In this document: positions 26,456 through 38,496 of the stretch, piece after piece | Layout: each line of letters opens with the position of its first letter | Position numbering within the stretch: the first letter of the stretch is position 1 | Notes under the pieces: generated by a model | The model's input: the letters and a program-made list of their open reading frames with translations, nothing else | Told to the model about the DNA's origin: nothing | Database searches by the model: none | Assembly: GCF_001194135.2 (NCBI RefSeq) | Contig: NC_068985.1 | Span: 41,392,757-41,456,756 of the forward strand | DNA length: 64,000 nucleotides | From: Octopus bimaculoides | Lineage: Eukaryota | Direction: 5' to 3' | Translations under genes and position numbers: made by a program

Positions 26456-27029
26456 GACATATTCATACATGCATACATACATACATACATACATACATAC
26501 ATACGTACATACACACACGTACATACATACATGCATACATACATACATACATACATACATACATACATACGTACGTACATACACACACGTACATACATAC
26601 ATGCATACATTCATACATACATACATACATACATACATGCATACATGCATGCATGCATACATATATACATATATATGCGTATGCTAGTAGCAGCGTTGTC
26701 CGGTTCATAAACAAATGTAACACCTGAGCAAAACGTTTTAGCTTCTCTCCACCTGGTTTCTGTTTAGCTTACAAAAGGAGGAATTAGAGAAAGAATGATT
26801 ACGGGAGGAAATATCTGTGTAATGTTTAAAAGTCTGATGGTGTATCTCAGACTATCCATTGTGAATGATACTATGGGGAGGAAGAAATGGCAGCATATCT
26901 ATCACACTAAATTTGAACTTGTTTATAAAACGTAAGTAGAAAGCTGAAACAATATCTTCAATTAAAAACAATATAAATCAATAAAACAGTATTAAATACT
27001 GGCTGCACGTGCAAAGGAAATTGATATAT

Positions 27030-27402
27030 GATATTAGGAAAATAGAAAAGGAGTCATGATATAATGACTGTGTTAGCACGCCGGGCAAAATGCTTAGCGG
27101 TTTTTCGGGGTCGAGCTAATCGACTGCACCCCCCCCCCACCAAAAAAAAATCGGGCCTTGTGCCTAGAGTAGAAATGGATATTAGGAAAATAGAAAAGGA
27201 GTCATGATATAAGAACAGTGTTAGCACGCCGGGCGAAATGCTTAGCGGTATTTCGTCTGTCTTTACGTTCTGAGTTCAAATTCCGCTGAGGTCGACTTTT
27301 CCTTTCATCCTTTCGGGGTCATTAAATTAAGTACCAGATGCATACTGGAGTCAATCTAATCGACACAAATTTCGGGCCTTGTGCCTAGAGTAGAAAAGGA
27401 TA
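27030..27402 (+). mobile_element. Tandemly duplicated flank + 5'-truncated SINE-A; first unit internally deleted
   Basis: GATATTAGGAAAATAGAAAAGGAGTCATGATATAA precedes both SINE copies, and both begin at GTTAGCACGCC. Confidence 0.85.
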
Positions 27403-28059
27403 TAATAACTATGTATAAAACATGCAGTAGGTTTGGTGTCTTCATTAAGCTGGGTTCTTTTCAGTTGTATAATGAATGAAATTTCGGCTTTAAATCTAAC
27501 GCTGGCTTAGGTTCCATAAATGTATTTTGTGATGTAAGTAATGTGACGTACAATGGATATAGCTATAGTTTCGTTACGTGTTGGAAATTTTTTTTACGTT
27601 TAAGAAAATGAAAACCTCATCATTTTAACATCATCATGATTCCCGATTCTTTATCTCTTGACTTAGATTGATTGATTTGATACAGTTGATGTTCGACTCG
27701 GACATCGGTAAACTGATGTCTGCATATATTAAAAGAAACAAAACATAGGTAGAACAAGCCAGCAACAGAACTTCTACGTTAAAAATCACACCCGACCTGT
27801 CTTTTTTTTGTTCTTTTTTTGTAAATGAGGAAGTGACGCATTAGGTAACGTCTTTCATATACCTAAAAAGATAAGAGATGATCAGAGATAACTGAGTGTA
27901 GAAACGACTTGAATATGGCAGCCGTGTTCCATTTTGTGTGTTAGTTAAGACTAGAACGGAATTCATCAGCTGATCAAAGTCTAAAGTATTATTTTCTGGC
28001 CCTGAAGAAGAGCCAGTCATTGGAATTCAGTATTTGATGTGGGATTGCCATGAGCAATA

Positions 28060-28247
28060 ATTCTATCTACTATAGGCACAAGGCCTGGTCTTGTGTGATA
28101 GGAAGCTAGTTGATTACCCCATTGCTCAACTGGTACTTTATCGACCTCCAAAGGGACGAAAGCAAAGTTGACCTCGGCGGAATTTGAACTCAGAATGTCA
28201 AGCATGCTGCTAAAAATTTTTGTCCCACGTGCTAACCATCCTGCCAG
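28060..28247 (-). mobile_element. SINE-A
   Basis: CTACTATAGGCACAAGGCC..AAAGTTGACCTCGGCGGAATTTGAACTCAGAA..CTGCCAG. Confidence 0.82.
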
Positions 28248-28361
28248 TACGTTTTCTATGTGTATATGTATTCTTTTACTGGTGCTTTTGTTTCTGAATC
28301 TTCATATATTTGTAATAGTACAGTTTTTAATTTTGTTAACTCTGTGTTTCAGAAATTGATA

Positions 28362-28568
28362 TCGATTTCCAATTTTGGCACAATGTCAGCAGGTTTTGTG
28401 GGGGAGGGGTTAAGTCAATTACATCGACCCCAGTGTTCAACTGGTACTTATTTTATCGACCCCGCAAGGATGAAAGCAAAATCGACCTCAGCGGCATTTG
28501 AACTCAGAACGTAAAGTCGGACGAAATGCTGCTAAGCATTTTGTCCAGTGTGTTAACGATTCTGCCAG
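28362..28568 (-). mobile_element. SINE-A
   Basis: AATTTTGGCACAA..CATCGACCCCAG..TTTGAACTCAGAACG..AACGATTCTGCCAG. Confidence 0.88.
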
Positions 28569-29145
28569 ATCAATGCATTAATAGATTGATATCGAGATGT
28601 TTTTTTACTTTGCCTTCGAAACACACGCACGCACACACACNNNNNNNNNNNNNNNNNNNNNNNNNNNNNNNNNNNNNNNNNNNNNNNNNNNNNNNNNNNN
28701 NNNNNNNNNNNNNNNNNNNNNNNNNNNNNNNNNNNNNNNNNNNNNNNNNNNNNNNNNNNNNNNNNNNNNNNNNNNNNNNNNNNNNNNNNNNNNNNNNNNN
28801 NNNNNNNNNNNNNNNNNNNNNNNNNNNNNNNNNNNNNNNNNNNNNNNNNNNNNNNNNNNNNNNNNNNNNNNNNNNNNNNNNNNNNNNNNNNNNNNNNNNN
28901 NNNNNNNNNNNNNNNNNNNNNNNNNNNNNNNNNNNNNNNNNNNNNNNNNNNNNNNNNNNNNNNNNNNNNNNNNNNNNNNNNNNNNNNNNNNNNNNNNNNN
29001 NNNNNNNNNNNNNNNNNNNNNNNNNNNNNNNNNNNNNNNNNNNNNNNNNNNNNNNNNNNNNNNNNNNNNNNNNNNNNNNNNNNNNNNNNNNNNNNNNNNN
29101 NNNNNNNNNNNNNNNNNNNNNNNNNNNNNNNNNNNNNNNNNNNNA

Positions 29146-29203
29146 CTGCCCCCACACGCCGCCAAAAATTTCGGGCCTTGAGCCTAGAGTAGAAAAGAAT
29201 ATT
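29146..29203 (+). mobile_element. SINE-A 3' end emerging from a gap
   Basis: AAATTTCGGGCCTTGAGCCTAGAGTAGAAAAGAATATT. Confidence 0.8.
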
Positions 29204-29219
29204 TCTCCTGTTTAGTCGG

Positions 29220-29291
29220 TCCTCGGCAGTATAATGGGAAGTATCCTCGCCTGTCACGCAGGAGACCGGAGTTCGATTCCCCGCCGAAGAG
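29220..29291 (+). tRNA. trnD: tRNA-Asp(GTC)-derived sequence, probably a retroposed pseudogene
   Basis: 72 nt TCCTCGGCAGTATAATGGGAAGTATCCTCGCCTGTCACGCAGGAGACCGGAGTTCGATTCCCCGCCGAAGAG, close to canonical eukaryotic tRNA-Asp with anticodon GTC. Defects: U8>C and single A-C mismatches in the acceptor, anticodon and T stems. TTTT terminator at 29304-29307. Confidence 0.88.
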
Positions 29292-29307
29292 GCGTTTATA
29301 CTGTTTT

Positions 29308-29534
29308 AAAGAGGGGTGAGCTGGCAGAATCGTTACCGTACCGGGCGAAATGCTTAACAGCATTTTATCCGTCTTTACGTCCTGCGTTCAAATTCTGCCG
29401 TGGTCAACTTTTCCTTTCATCCTTTCGGGGGTCGATAAAATAAGTACCAGCTGAATGAATTCTGCAATCGATCTAATCGACTTATCCCCTCCCCCAAAAT
29501 TGCTGGCCTTGTGCCAGAATTTGTAACCAATATT
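29308..29534 (+). mobile_element. SINE-A, full length, fused directly behind the tRNA trailer
   Basis: GGTGAGCTGGCAGAATCGTTA..GTTCAAATTCTGCCG..GCTGGCCTTGTGCCAGAATTTGTAACCAATATT. Confidence 0.9.
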
Positions 29535-29918
29535 TCTCCTGTTTGTGTAAAACTGTCATACATATACACACACATATTTATTCATACATACATATATATA
29601 CATGTATATGTTTATGTGCGTGCCTAGGCGTAGTAACTGAGATGGTAAACCCATACTTAAAGTTCCGTGCAGCACGTAACTTTTAGTACGGTTTTATAAT
29701 CTCGGTACCCAATATTGCTAATCCTGCTCCTAATATACGAGTATATTGATTACCTTTACGATTTTGCATTACACACATATACACACGTACGCGCGCACGC
29801 ATATACATGAACGCACGATTGCGCGCGCGCACTCTACGTCTGTGTAGTTGTATGCATGAATTTGCGTTAACGTTTTCTTTACTACGTGTATGCGTTTGTG
29901 TCCAAGTGTGCTTCAGTA

Positions 29919-29963
<45 letters not shown>

Positions 29964-29992
29964 AGAAACGAAAGATAGACAGGCAGACTAAC

Positions 29993-30046
<54 letters not shown>

Positions 30047-30318
30047 GTAACTAGATAGATAGCTAAATTAGTATGCAGATAGAAAGATTTATGTTTACTT
30101 GTCATGCATATCAAGGATTATATTAATTTGCGTTTTTGTTTAGATAGTTGAATCCGATTTGAGAGAGTTTTGACTGCTATTTCTAGAGGAGAGAAAAGCA
30201 AAGTAAAGCCCAGAACAAATTAGAGCGTAAAAGGAACGGCACTAAATAAAGTCCCAAATAGACAACAACAGCAACATTAACAACACTCAAAGAAAAGAGA
30301 CAATAAAGAAGCCTTAGT

Positions 30319-30891
30319 CAGTGGTTCTCAATCGGGGTCCATATGGTCCCTAAGGGTCCATATAAGATTTTAGGGGACAACAAAATAGTAAATTGGGAAT
30401 CTACAATAGCATTTTAAGAGCCCCTGAATAATTTTTGCTTTAGATCAGGGATTCTCAACCATTTTTTTTTATCTATGGACCCCTTTGATTACTATTTTAT
30501 TCTGCTGGAGCCCTATAGCCATTTGATGTTTAAAAACATTTGATGTTTATAGAAATTTCTTTCAAAATTCCTATTTTGTTTTTCACACATTAACTTGTGT
30601 AGGTTGAACTATGTAAAATGTTGGAGAAAGAAACCTAGCTGTTCTTTTTTTTTTAATACATACCACTACATACATCTAAAGCAAAATGTTTTTCAAGGCC
30701 CTTAAAACGCTATTGGATCCCAAATNNNNNNNNNNNNNNNNNNNNNNNNNNNNNNNNNNNNNNNNNNNNNNNNNNNNNNNNNNNNNNNNNNNNNNNNNNN
30801 NNNNNNNNNNNNNNNNNNNNNNNNNNNNNNNNNNNNNNNNNNNNNNNNNNNNNNNNNNNNNNNTATGTATTGATATTTATTACAACAGCTG
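30319..30891. mobile_element. Two copies of the 11104-type hAT MITE: outer copy minus, inner copy plus from 30446
   Basis: Outer copy starts CAGTGGTTCTCAATCGGGGTCC and is broken at CTTTAGAT. Inner copy starts CAGGGATTCTCAACC. Outer-like sequence TATGTATTG..AACAGCT resumes after the gap at 30864. Confidence 0.85.
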
Positions 30892-30904
30892 TAATATAAT
30901 TCAT

Positions 30905-31010
30905 TTTTGTTTTTCTTTTTACTTGTTGCAGTCATTAGACTGCGGCCAAGCTGGAGCACCGCCTTGAAGAATTTGTAGTCCAATGTATCGTCCCCAGAAT
31001 CTTTTTTAGG
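30905..31010 (-). mobile_element. SINE-B 3' fragment
   Basis: TACTTGTTGCAGTCATTAGACTGCGGCCAAGCTGGAGCACCGCC. Confidence 0.75.
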
Positions 31011-31019
31011 TGATTTTCA

Positions 31020-31860
31020 ACCAGCATCACCACCACCACCACTACCACCATCACCACCACAACCGCCACCACCCCTATCATCACAACCATCACCACTACC
31101 ATCACTATCATTACCACCACCACCACCACCACCACCACCACTGTCACTACCACCACCACCATCATCACTACTCCCACGACTACATACTAGCACCACCACC
31201 ATCAACACTACTATCATCACCACCTCGCCACTCCTGCTAATACCATCACCCCCACTACCCCACTACCACGTACTACCACCACCACTATTACTACAATCAG
31301 CTTCATCACTATTACTTACGATCACATGCTACTACCACCATCGCCACCACTACCATCATAATCTCAAGTTCCAACGACCCCCAGCACCACCACCACCACC
31401 ATCACCACCGCCACATGCTAGTAGCACCACTATTACTGTCACCACAATCACCATCACTACAAAAACCATCACCACAACCAATATCACCTCAACAACCATC
31501 ATCAAACCACCACCATGATCACCACAGCCACCACCACCACCACAACAATCACCAAACCACCACCACAATTATCATAACAGCCTTCACCACAACTACCATC
31601 ACCACCACCACCACCACCACCATCAGCATTATCGCCACCACAACCACAATCATCGCCACCATCATCGCAACAACCATCACTACAACAACCACCACTTCCA
31701 CCACAATCACCATCACCACAACCACTTCCACCACAATCCCCATCACCACAACCACCATCACCACGATCACCACCGTCACCACAGCCACCACCATCACCAC
31801 AGCCACCACCATCACCACAGCCACCACCACTACCAACAACAACACCATCAACACCTACAA
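31020..31860. repeat. (CCA)/(CAT)/(ACA) cryptic trinucleotide field
   Basis: Direct reading. Confidence 0.95.
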
Positions 31861-32299
31861 CAGTTGTACGAACAATGAGTACTGGTCGTGCAGCAGCTGG
31901 GTGTAAGAAATTGTTTTGCCCACAATAAAAACAAGAATGGAAAACCACTCAAGGGTGTGGGTCAATCGGTCAGTTGGTCAGTTGGTCACGTTGCAAAAGA
32001 CTAATTGCTTTTTTATTTTATTTTTTTTCCCTCGTCTAAATATATAAGAAACAACACAGACACCAAGTATATATTCAATTCTTGAAACTGAGATTGTGAA
32101 GGTCTGGAAACGTCGAATATGAATTTAGAAACTTTATTGTTCCAAACTAATTGTGAAAAAGAAAAACTAAGAAAATACAAAAAATATAAAAAAACCAAAA
32201 GGATAAAACTTGAACACAATCGCCTATTTAATGAAATATGTATAAAAGAAATGTTGTTCTTTCTCCTGTATATAAACACCCACACATACATACATAATA

Positions 32300-32845
32300 C
32301 ATGATGATTGCCACTTCTTTATAGAAGAAGGCCATTTTATATGACTAGCAAGTCCTGCTCTTGACAAACAAACTCTACTGCAGATTTTACAAATAATTTT
32401 AAGTAGGAAAGTGTCTGGGATTGTAGTTAAATCCTGTCCCCAAAGTGCACGTTTTAAGATAGATTGTTTAATTTTTCGAGCTTCAAATGCTTTACATCTA
32501 TTGTAGATAATTTGTTTCCGAACCGATCGATCTTGCGTCATCTGGTCTCAGTCTTCAACTTTCACATTAAGAGCCTTTTGACAGCATCCCTAAAACGTTT
32601 CTTAGATTTATGTCTCGGGGCGTTTGCCACGTTGCAACTCCCCGTAAAACAACTGCTTTGGCAACCTGTCATCCTGCATTCTAGCAAGGTGCCCAATCCA
32701 ACACATCTGATTGCGTATGAGGATAATTTCAATACTGGATGTGTTAGCTTGCTGAAGAACAACGGCGTCCGGTGTTAAAGACTTCCATTTGATGTCTAGT
32801 ATCCTCCTTAGGCAAGTCTGATGGAATCTTTCTAATACATATCTA
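32300..32845 (-). mobile_element. RTE-clade LINE 3' fragment
   Basis: LERFHQTCLRRILDIKW, WIGHLARMQDDRLPKQLFYGEL..GKR, KKRFRDAVK and C-terminal CKICSRVCLSRAGLASH. Confidence 0.88.
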
Positions 32846-32850
32846 CCCAC

Positions 32851-32899
<49 letters not shown>

Positions 32900-33740
32900 N
32901 NNNNNNNNNNNNNNNNNNNNNNNNNNNNNNNNNNNNNNNNNNNNNNNNNNNNNNNNNNNNNNNNNNNNNNNNNNNNNNNNNNNNNNNNNNNNNNNNNNNN
33001 NNNNNNNNNNNNNNNNNNNNNNNNNNNNNNNNNNNNNNNNNNNNNNNNNNNNNNNNNNNNNNNNNNNNNNNNNNNNNNNNNNNNNNNNNNNNNNNNNNNN
33101 NNNNNNNNNNNNNNNNNNNNNNNNNNNNNNNNNNNNNNNNNNNNNNNNNNNNNNNNNNNNNNNNNNNNNNNNNNNNNNNNNNNNNNNNNNNNNNNNNNNN
33201 NNNNNNNNNNNNNNNNNNNNNNNNNNNNNNNNNNNNNNNNNNNNNNNNNNNNNNNNNNNNNNNNNNNNNNNNNNNNNNNNNNNNNNNNNNNNNNNNNNNN
33301 NNNNNNNNNNNNNNNNNNNNNNNNNNNNNNNNNNNNNNNNNNNNNNNNNNNNNNNNNNNNNNNNNNNNNNNNNNNNNNNNNNNNNNNNNNNNNNNNNNNN
33401 NNNNNNNNNNNNNNNNNNNNNNNNNNNNNNNNNNNNNNNNNNNNNNNNNNNNNNNNNNNNNNNNNNNNNNNNNNNNNNNNNNNNNNNNNNNNNNNNNNNN
33501 NNNNNNNNNNNNNNNNNNNNNNNNNNNNNNNNNNNNNNNNNNNNNNNNNNNNNNNNNNNNNNNNNNNNNNNNNNNNNNNNNNNNNNNNNNNNNNNNNNNN
33601 NNNNNNNNNNNNNNNNNNNNNNNNNNNNNNNNNNNNNNNNNNNNNNNNNNNNNNNNNNNNNNNNNNNNNNNNNNNNNNNNNNNNNNNNNNNNNNNNNNNN
33701 NNNNNNNNNNNNNNNNNNNNNNNNNNNNNNNNNNNNNNNN

Positions 33741-34011
33741 AGGGTTTGAGAGGCAAACATTATTCCAATGACGAGGAAGTGAAAACTAGTGAAGAAGTGG
33801 CTCAAAGAACAGTCAACAGAATTTTACGGGGCAGGGATACATGCCGTCATTCGAAGGTGCAACATTGCTATTGAGAGAAAAGGTCACTATGTTGAGAAGT
33901 AGGAATGTGATCCACAGAGGACCAGCTTCATTTTGATGCATGATACATGTTCCTGTGTTGGTAATTATAAGTGTCCTAAACAAAATGGCATTACTTTTTG
34001 ACTCATCCTCG
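33741..34011 (+). mobile_element. mariner 3' end
   Basis: GLRGKHYSNDEEV..KKWLKEQSTEFY..GIHAVIRRCNIAIERKGHYVEK*, then TIR CATTACTTTTTGACTCATCCTCG followed by TA. Confidence 0.88.
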
Positions 34012-34039
34012 TAGAAACCACCCTCAGTAAAATACAGAA

Positions 34040-35150
34040 TCCTCTAAGCGCATTAGACTCAAAAACAAAGAAGCTTAGCAAACTTTACAAATGAAATATT
34101 GCTCTACCTACACAAGAAGATAAGTTTACCAATTTATCAATACATACACTCAGCATTAGCCAAAACACACGCCTCAGCCTTGGTGTCATCTTCTACATAT
34201 AACCTAAATGCGATCAATACAAGACAGAAGTTGAGATCACATTACTGTGTCAAAATATAAAATACCCTAAAGGATAAAAACATCACAAACATTGACGACA
34301 AAATTGAAGACCTAATGTTTACTGAATGTAATAAAAATAGAATCCTACAAAATAACAAACAAGTACTAAGTAAAAATAAAGCTCTTGCTAACGCCTCCCA
34401 AAATAACGACGACATCATAATTTGTGGAGGTGACAAAAGTAATATGTTTGTAATCATGGATAGAGACAACTACAATACAAAAATTAATAATTTACTCAGA
34501 CAAAAATAAAGTCACAACGCTGATTAAAGATAAGAGCTAAAAGGGAAATTTAAAAAAAATATTAGCTACTGCGATAATTGCACAAATAGAGTCACCTTAT
34601 TTCCTTGCATTGAAGGCGAATTCTTCCCAACACGCACGGACACACACACACGCGCGCGCGTGCGCGCGCGGCATACAAACAAAACAACCCCGACAGAACC
34701 ATGATATACCTACACATTTAATCACCAAACAAATAGGCAGCATTATCAAAGAATATAATACCAGAGAAATATAGTATAAGGTCATCGGAGGGATTTTTAC
34801 AGATCTTAGAAGAAACCAATACAATAGACACCATGTCCACATTAAATGCAGAAAGTTTCACTAACGTCACAGCGGTAAAAACGATAGAAATCATTACAGA
34901 AAATAATTATAAACACACAAAAATAAGGCTACACGCGATATCAGTAAACTTATTGTAAAAACAAACAAAAGATCTTATGATGTTCGTAACTGAAGTACCT
35001 TTTCGCTGTCCACAACGTGATTTTAATAAAAGGATGGAATGGATATAGGTTTCCTCTTAGGACCTACGTTTTCGGTATTCTGCTTATCCACAATAGGGAA
35101 CAGAATAATATGCGCACCAAGCACTTACAACTAAGAGTTGTTACAAAACA
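34040..35150 (+). mobile_element. Penelope-like element reverse transcriptase remnant
   Basis: ALANASQNNDDIIICGGDKSNMFVIMDRDNYNTKINNLL (PLE DIII..ADKG..VIMD motif), TLNAESFTNV..KTIEII, GMDIGFPLGPTF. Confidence 0.78.
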
Positions 35151-35195
35151 TCATATACACCAAAAACAAAATTACATGAAAAAATACAAGAGAAC

Positions 35196-35408
35196 ATTCT
35201 CTTCTGTTCTAAGCACCAGGTCCGAAATTTTGAGGGAGAGGGCCAATCGATTAGATCGACCCCAGTACGCAACTGGTACTTAATTTATAGACCCCGATAG
35301 GATGAAAAGCAAAGTCGACCTCAGCTGAATTTGAACTCAGTATGTAAAGACAGACGAAATACCGCTAAACATTTCGCCCGGCGTGCTAACGTTTCGGCCA
35401 GCTCGCCG
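35196..35408 (-). mobile_element. SINE-A
   Basis: Full body ending CGGCCAGCTCGCCG. Confidence 0.9.
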
Positions 35409-35418
35409 NNNNNNNNNN

Positions 35419-35450
<32 letters not shown>

Positions 35451-35777
35451 CAATGCGGTTTCTTTAAACGGGAAACTTCATTCAAACTGGTGAAGATTTT
35501 GCCTAGTAAGGATGAAACCAACATCTAACGTGCAGAATTATTTTACTACGTAGTCATGTTCTTATCACTGACCGACAGTCAATGTTGTTCATAGCGACAG
35601 ATGGGATGACCAGGGATAAACAACAACAATTAGTACTTGTTTTGTCGCTTCCACCTCCGGAAGCGAAAGTTGAACTCAGAAAGCAGAAGTACGCAACTAA
35701 ATAGCGTCATGACTTTTAACCGTCACCCGACCAATTCTATGCTGATAAGCATTTTGCCCAGGGTGCTAGCAACTCAC

Positions 35778-35987
35778 TACCTCAAGGTACCTGCCCTGAA
35801 ATTTTGGGGGAAGAGACAAATCGATTAGATCGACCCCAGTGCTCGACTGGTACTTAATTTATCGACCCCGAAAGAATGAAAGGCAAAGTCGACCTCGGTG
35901 GAAAATGAACTCAGTATGTAAAGACGGACTAAATGCCGCTAAGCATTTTTCCCGGCGTGCTAACGATTCTGCCAGCTCGCCACCTTA
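35778..35987 (-). mobile_element. SINE-A (degenerate partial copy just upstream at ~35640-35770)
   Basis: Full body ending GCCAGCTCGCCACCTTA. Confidence 0.9.
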
Positions 35988-36119
35988 CAATTCTAATATA
36001 ATATTAAATGTTATCCACTATAGCGAGTCGTCAATAGCAAAAAACAATTGATTCAATTTTAGGGTTGGGGGTATTTTATTTTTTAAAACGGGTTCTTGCA
36101 TGTAGTTACTTGGACAGCA

Positions 36120-36388
36120 GGAAAAAGCAGTCAACTCTCCCTCAAGCCACATGCTGTTGTTTTAAAAGGAAAATAACACATTGGACAATGAAGAGCTACG
36201 TATACACAAATACGAAATAGAAGTGGCTGGGACACTTTTAATTATAAGTCTACTAAATCAAGACTGACCCCAGGTTGCTGATGAGGAGGAGGAAGAAGGG
36301 GCAGGAGCAGAAGAAGAAGAAGAAGAAGAAGAAGAAGAAGAAGAACAAGAACAAGAACAACAACAACAACAACAACAACAACATCATC

Positions 36389-36432
<44 letters not shown>
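36120..36432 (+). repeat. Family E copy followed by a (GAA)n-(AAC)n compound microsatellite
   Basis: GCAGTCAACTCTCCCTCAAGCCAC..CATTGGACAATG..GACTGACCCCAGG, then GAG/GAA/AAC repeats. Confidence 0.55.
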
Positions 36433-36991
36433 CTGTAGTTTACGTCAAGGAGAAAGATTTGAATATCTGACCCACCATATTCCCAGTATCACTTCCACTG
36501 CATCATAGAAATTTTATGTCCAACTATAGAAAAGAACCGATCTTTGTAAAGTCATAGATGGATTATGCTTCACAAATAAAGCCTAATAAGGGCGAAACAT
36601 GCCTCGAGTTGTCTCCATGCTGCTAAAGATCAGACTTACGCTCCACTACATTCCATACTTTATTTTAATAAAATTTTTAGGATTATATCCTCTGTCTCTT
36701 TTTTCACCCCAGAATTAGTTATTTAGATAATGAATACTCTCACCATAAAGGTTATAACTTTAATTCATTAGCATTTCTTAGCTTACTCCATCATGTAGAC
36801 TTACAGTCACTTTACTATTTTTACTTCAGGTATCGTTTAAAAGAAATAATTTCTTGAGAAATTGAGTCTGTGGAAATCGTTTTAGCAATTAACTTAAAAT
36901 GTGGTCTTGTGTCGGGTTAAGTAGTCGATATAATTATCGTTCGCAACAATGTTATGCGTATACGCGTATATTTGTGTGCATGTGTGTGTGT

Positions 36992-37038
<47 letters not shown>

Positions 37039-37706
37039 NNNNNNNNNNNNNNNNNNNNNNNNNNNNNNNNNNNNNNNNNNNNNNNNNNNNNNNNNNNNNN
37101 NNNNNNNNNNNNNNNNNNNNNNNNNNNNNNNNNNNNNNNNNNNNNNNNNNNNNNNNNNNNNNNNNNNNNNNNNNNNNNNNNNNNNNNNNNNNNNNNNNNN
37201 NNNNNNNNNNNNNNNNNNNNNNNNNNNNNNNNNNNNNNNNNNNNNNNNNNNNNNNNNNNNNNNNNNNNNNNNNNNNNNNNNNNNNNNNNNNNNNNNNNNN
37301 NNNNNNNNNNNNNNNNNNNNNNNNNNNNNNNNNNNNNNNNNNNNNNNNNNNNNNNNNNNNNNNNNNNNNNNNNNNNNNNNNNNNNNNNNNNNNNNNNNNN
37401 NNNNNNNNNNNNNNNNNNNNNNNNNNNNNNNNNNNNNNNNNNNNNNNNNNNNNNNNNNNNNNNNNNNNNNNNNNNNNNNNNNNNNNNNNNNNNNNNNNNN
37501 NNNNNNNNNNNNNNNNNNNNNNNNNNNNNNNNNNNNNNNNNNNNNNNNNNNNNNNNNNNNNNNNNNNNNNNNNNNNNNNNNNNNNNNNNNNNNNNNNNNN
37601 NNNNNNNNNNNNNNNNNNNNNNNNNNNNNNNNNNNNNNNNNNNNNNNNNNNNNNNNNNNNNNNNNNNNNNNNNNNNNNNNNNNNNNNNNNNNNNNNNNNN
37701 NNACCA

Positions 37707-37738
<32 letters not shown>

Positions 37739-38496
37739 ACCACAGAAAATCTTTCACCATTACCTCTACCACTCCACCACAGCCGCAACTATTATCGCTA
37801 TTGTACCACTGTTACCACCATCTTCACTACAACGCCACCACTGTCACCGCCATCGCAACGACCCGGGAACCAACACTACACCACCACCACCACCACCACC
37901 ATCCACCACCACCACCACCACACCGCGACCTTCATTTACAATGCTGGATCGCTTGATATGTTAAAAACAGTAGCCATGTTCCCTCAAATGGACTTTTGAA
38001 TTGAATCAAGACTGGCGTTAATTCTACAAAAAGGCTACGGAATAATCCTGGGACAGGTTTCAGGAAGGATATGAAGAACTAGTGGGACATAAAATATTCC
38101 AGTTACTAACATTTCAGAGCGAAGAATTACAACATTCGTTGAGAAGAATTAAGCTATTCTTCTAAGTATAATACAGGTTTGCTTGCAATTATCTTTGATC
38201 TTTTTACTCGCTGTACTGAAATGAACTGAGGTCCATGCATCTTCCTTTGTTGCATAGCTATGCCAGGCATATCATTTTTACTGATAAGTAATTCATGCCT
38301 ACTGAACTTTGCCCGTTGCTTGATTTAGACTTTTTTCTTATTCCTCAGTTTGGTGAAACGCGTTTGATTGTGTTATTGCTATTGGTGTTGTTATCAGCTG
38401 TTAAAAAGAATACTATTTTCTGTTACAAATATCATAATTATTATTTTCTTTTTGGTTCTGAAGCATATGTATTCTGTCAAAAAAAAAAAAAAGAAG

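Noticed and set aside
29220-29291. Idea that the three A-C stem mismatches of the tRNA-Asp copy are repaired by A-to-I editing
   Set aside because: G>A decay explains them (one is at a CpG), the invariant U8 is also lost, and known tRNA deaminases act at anticodon-loop positions rather than stems.
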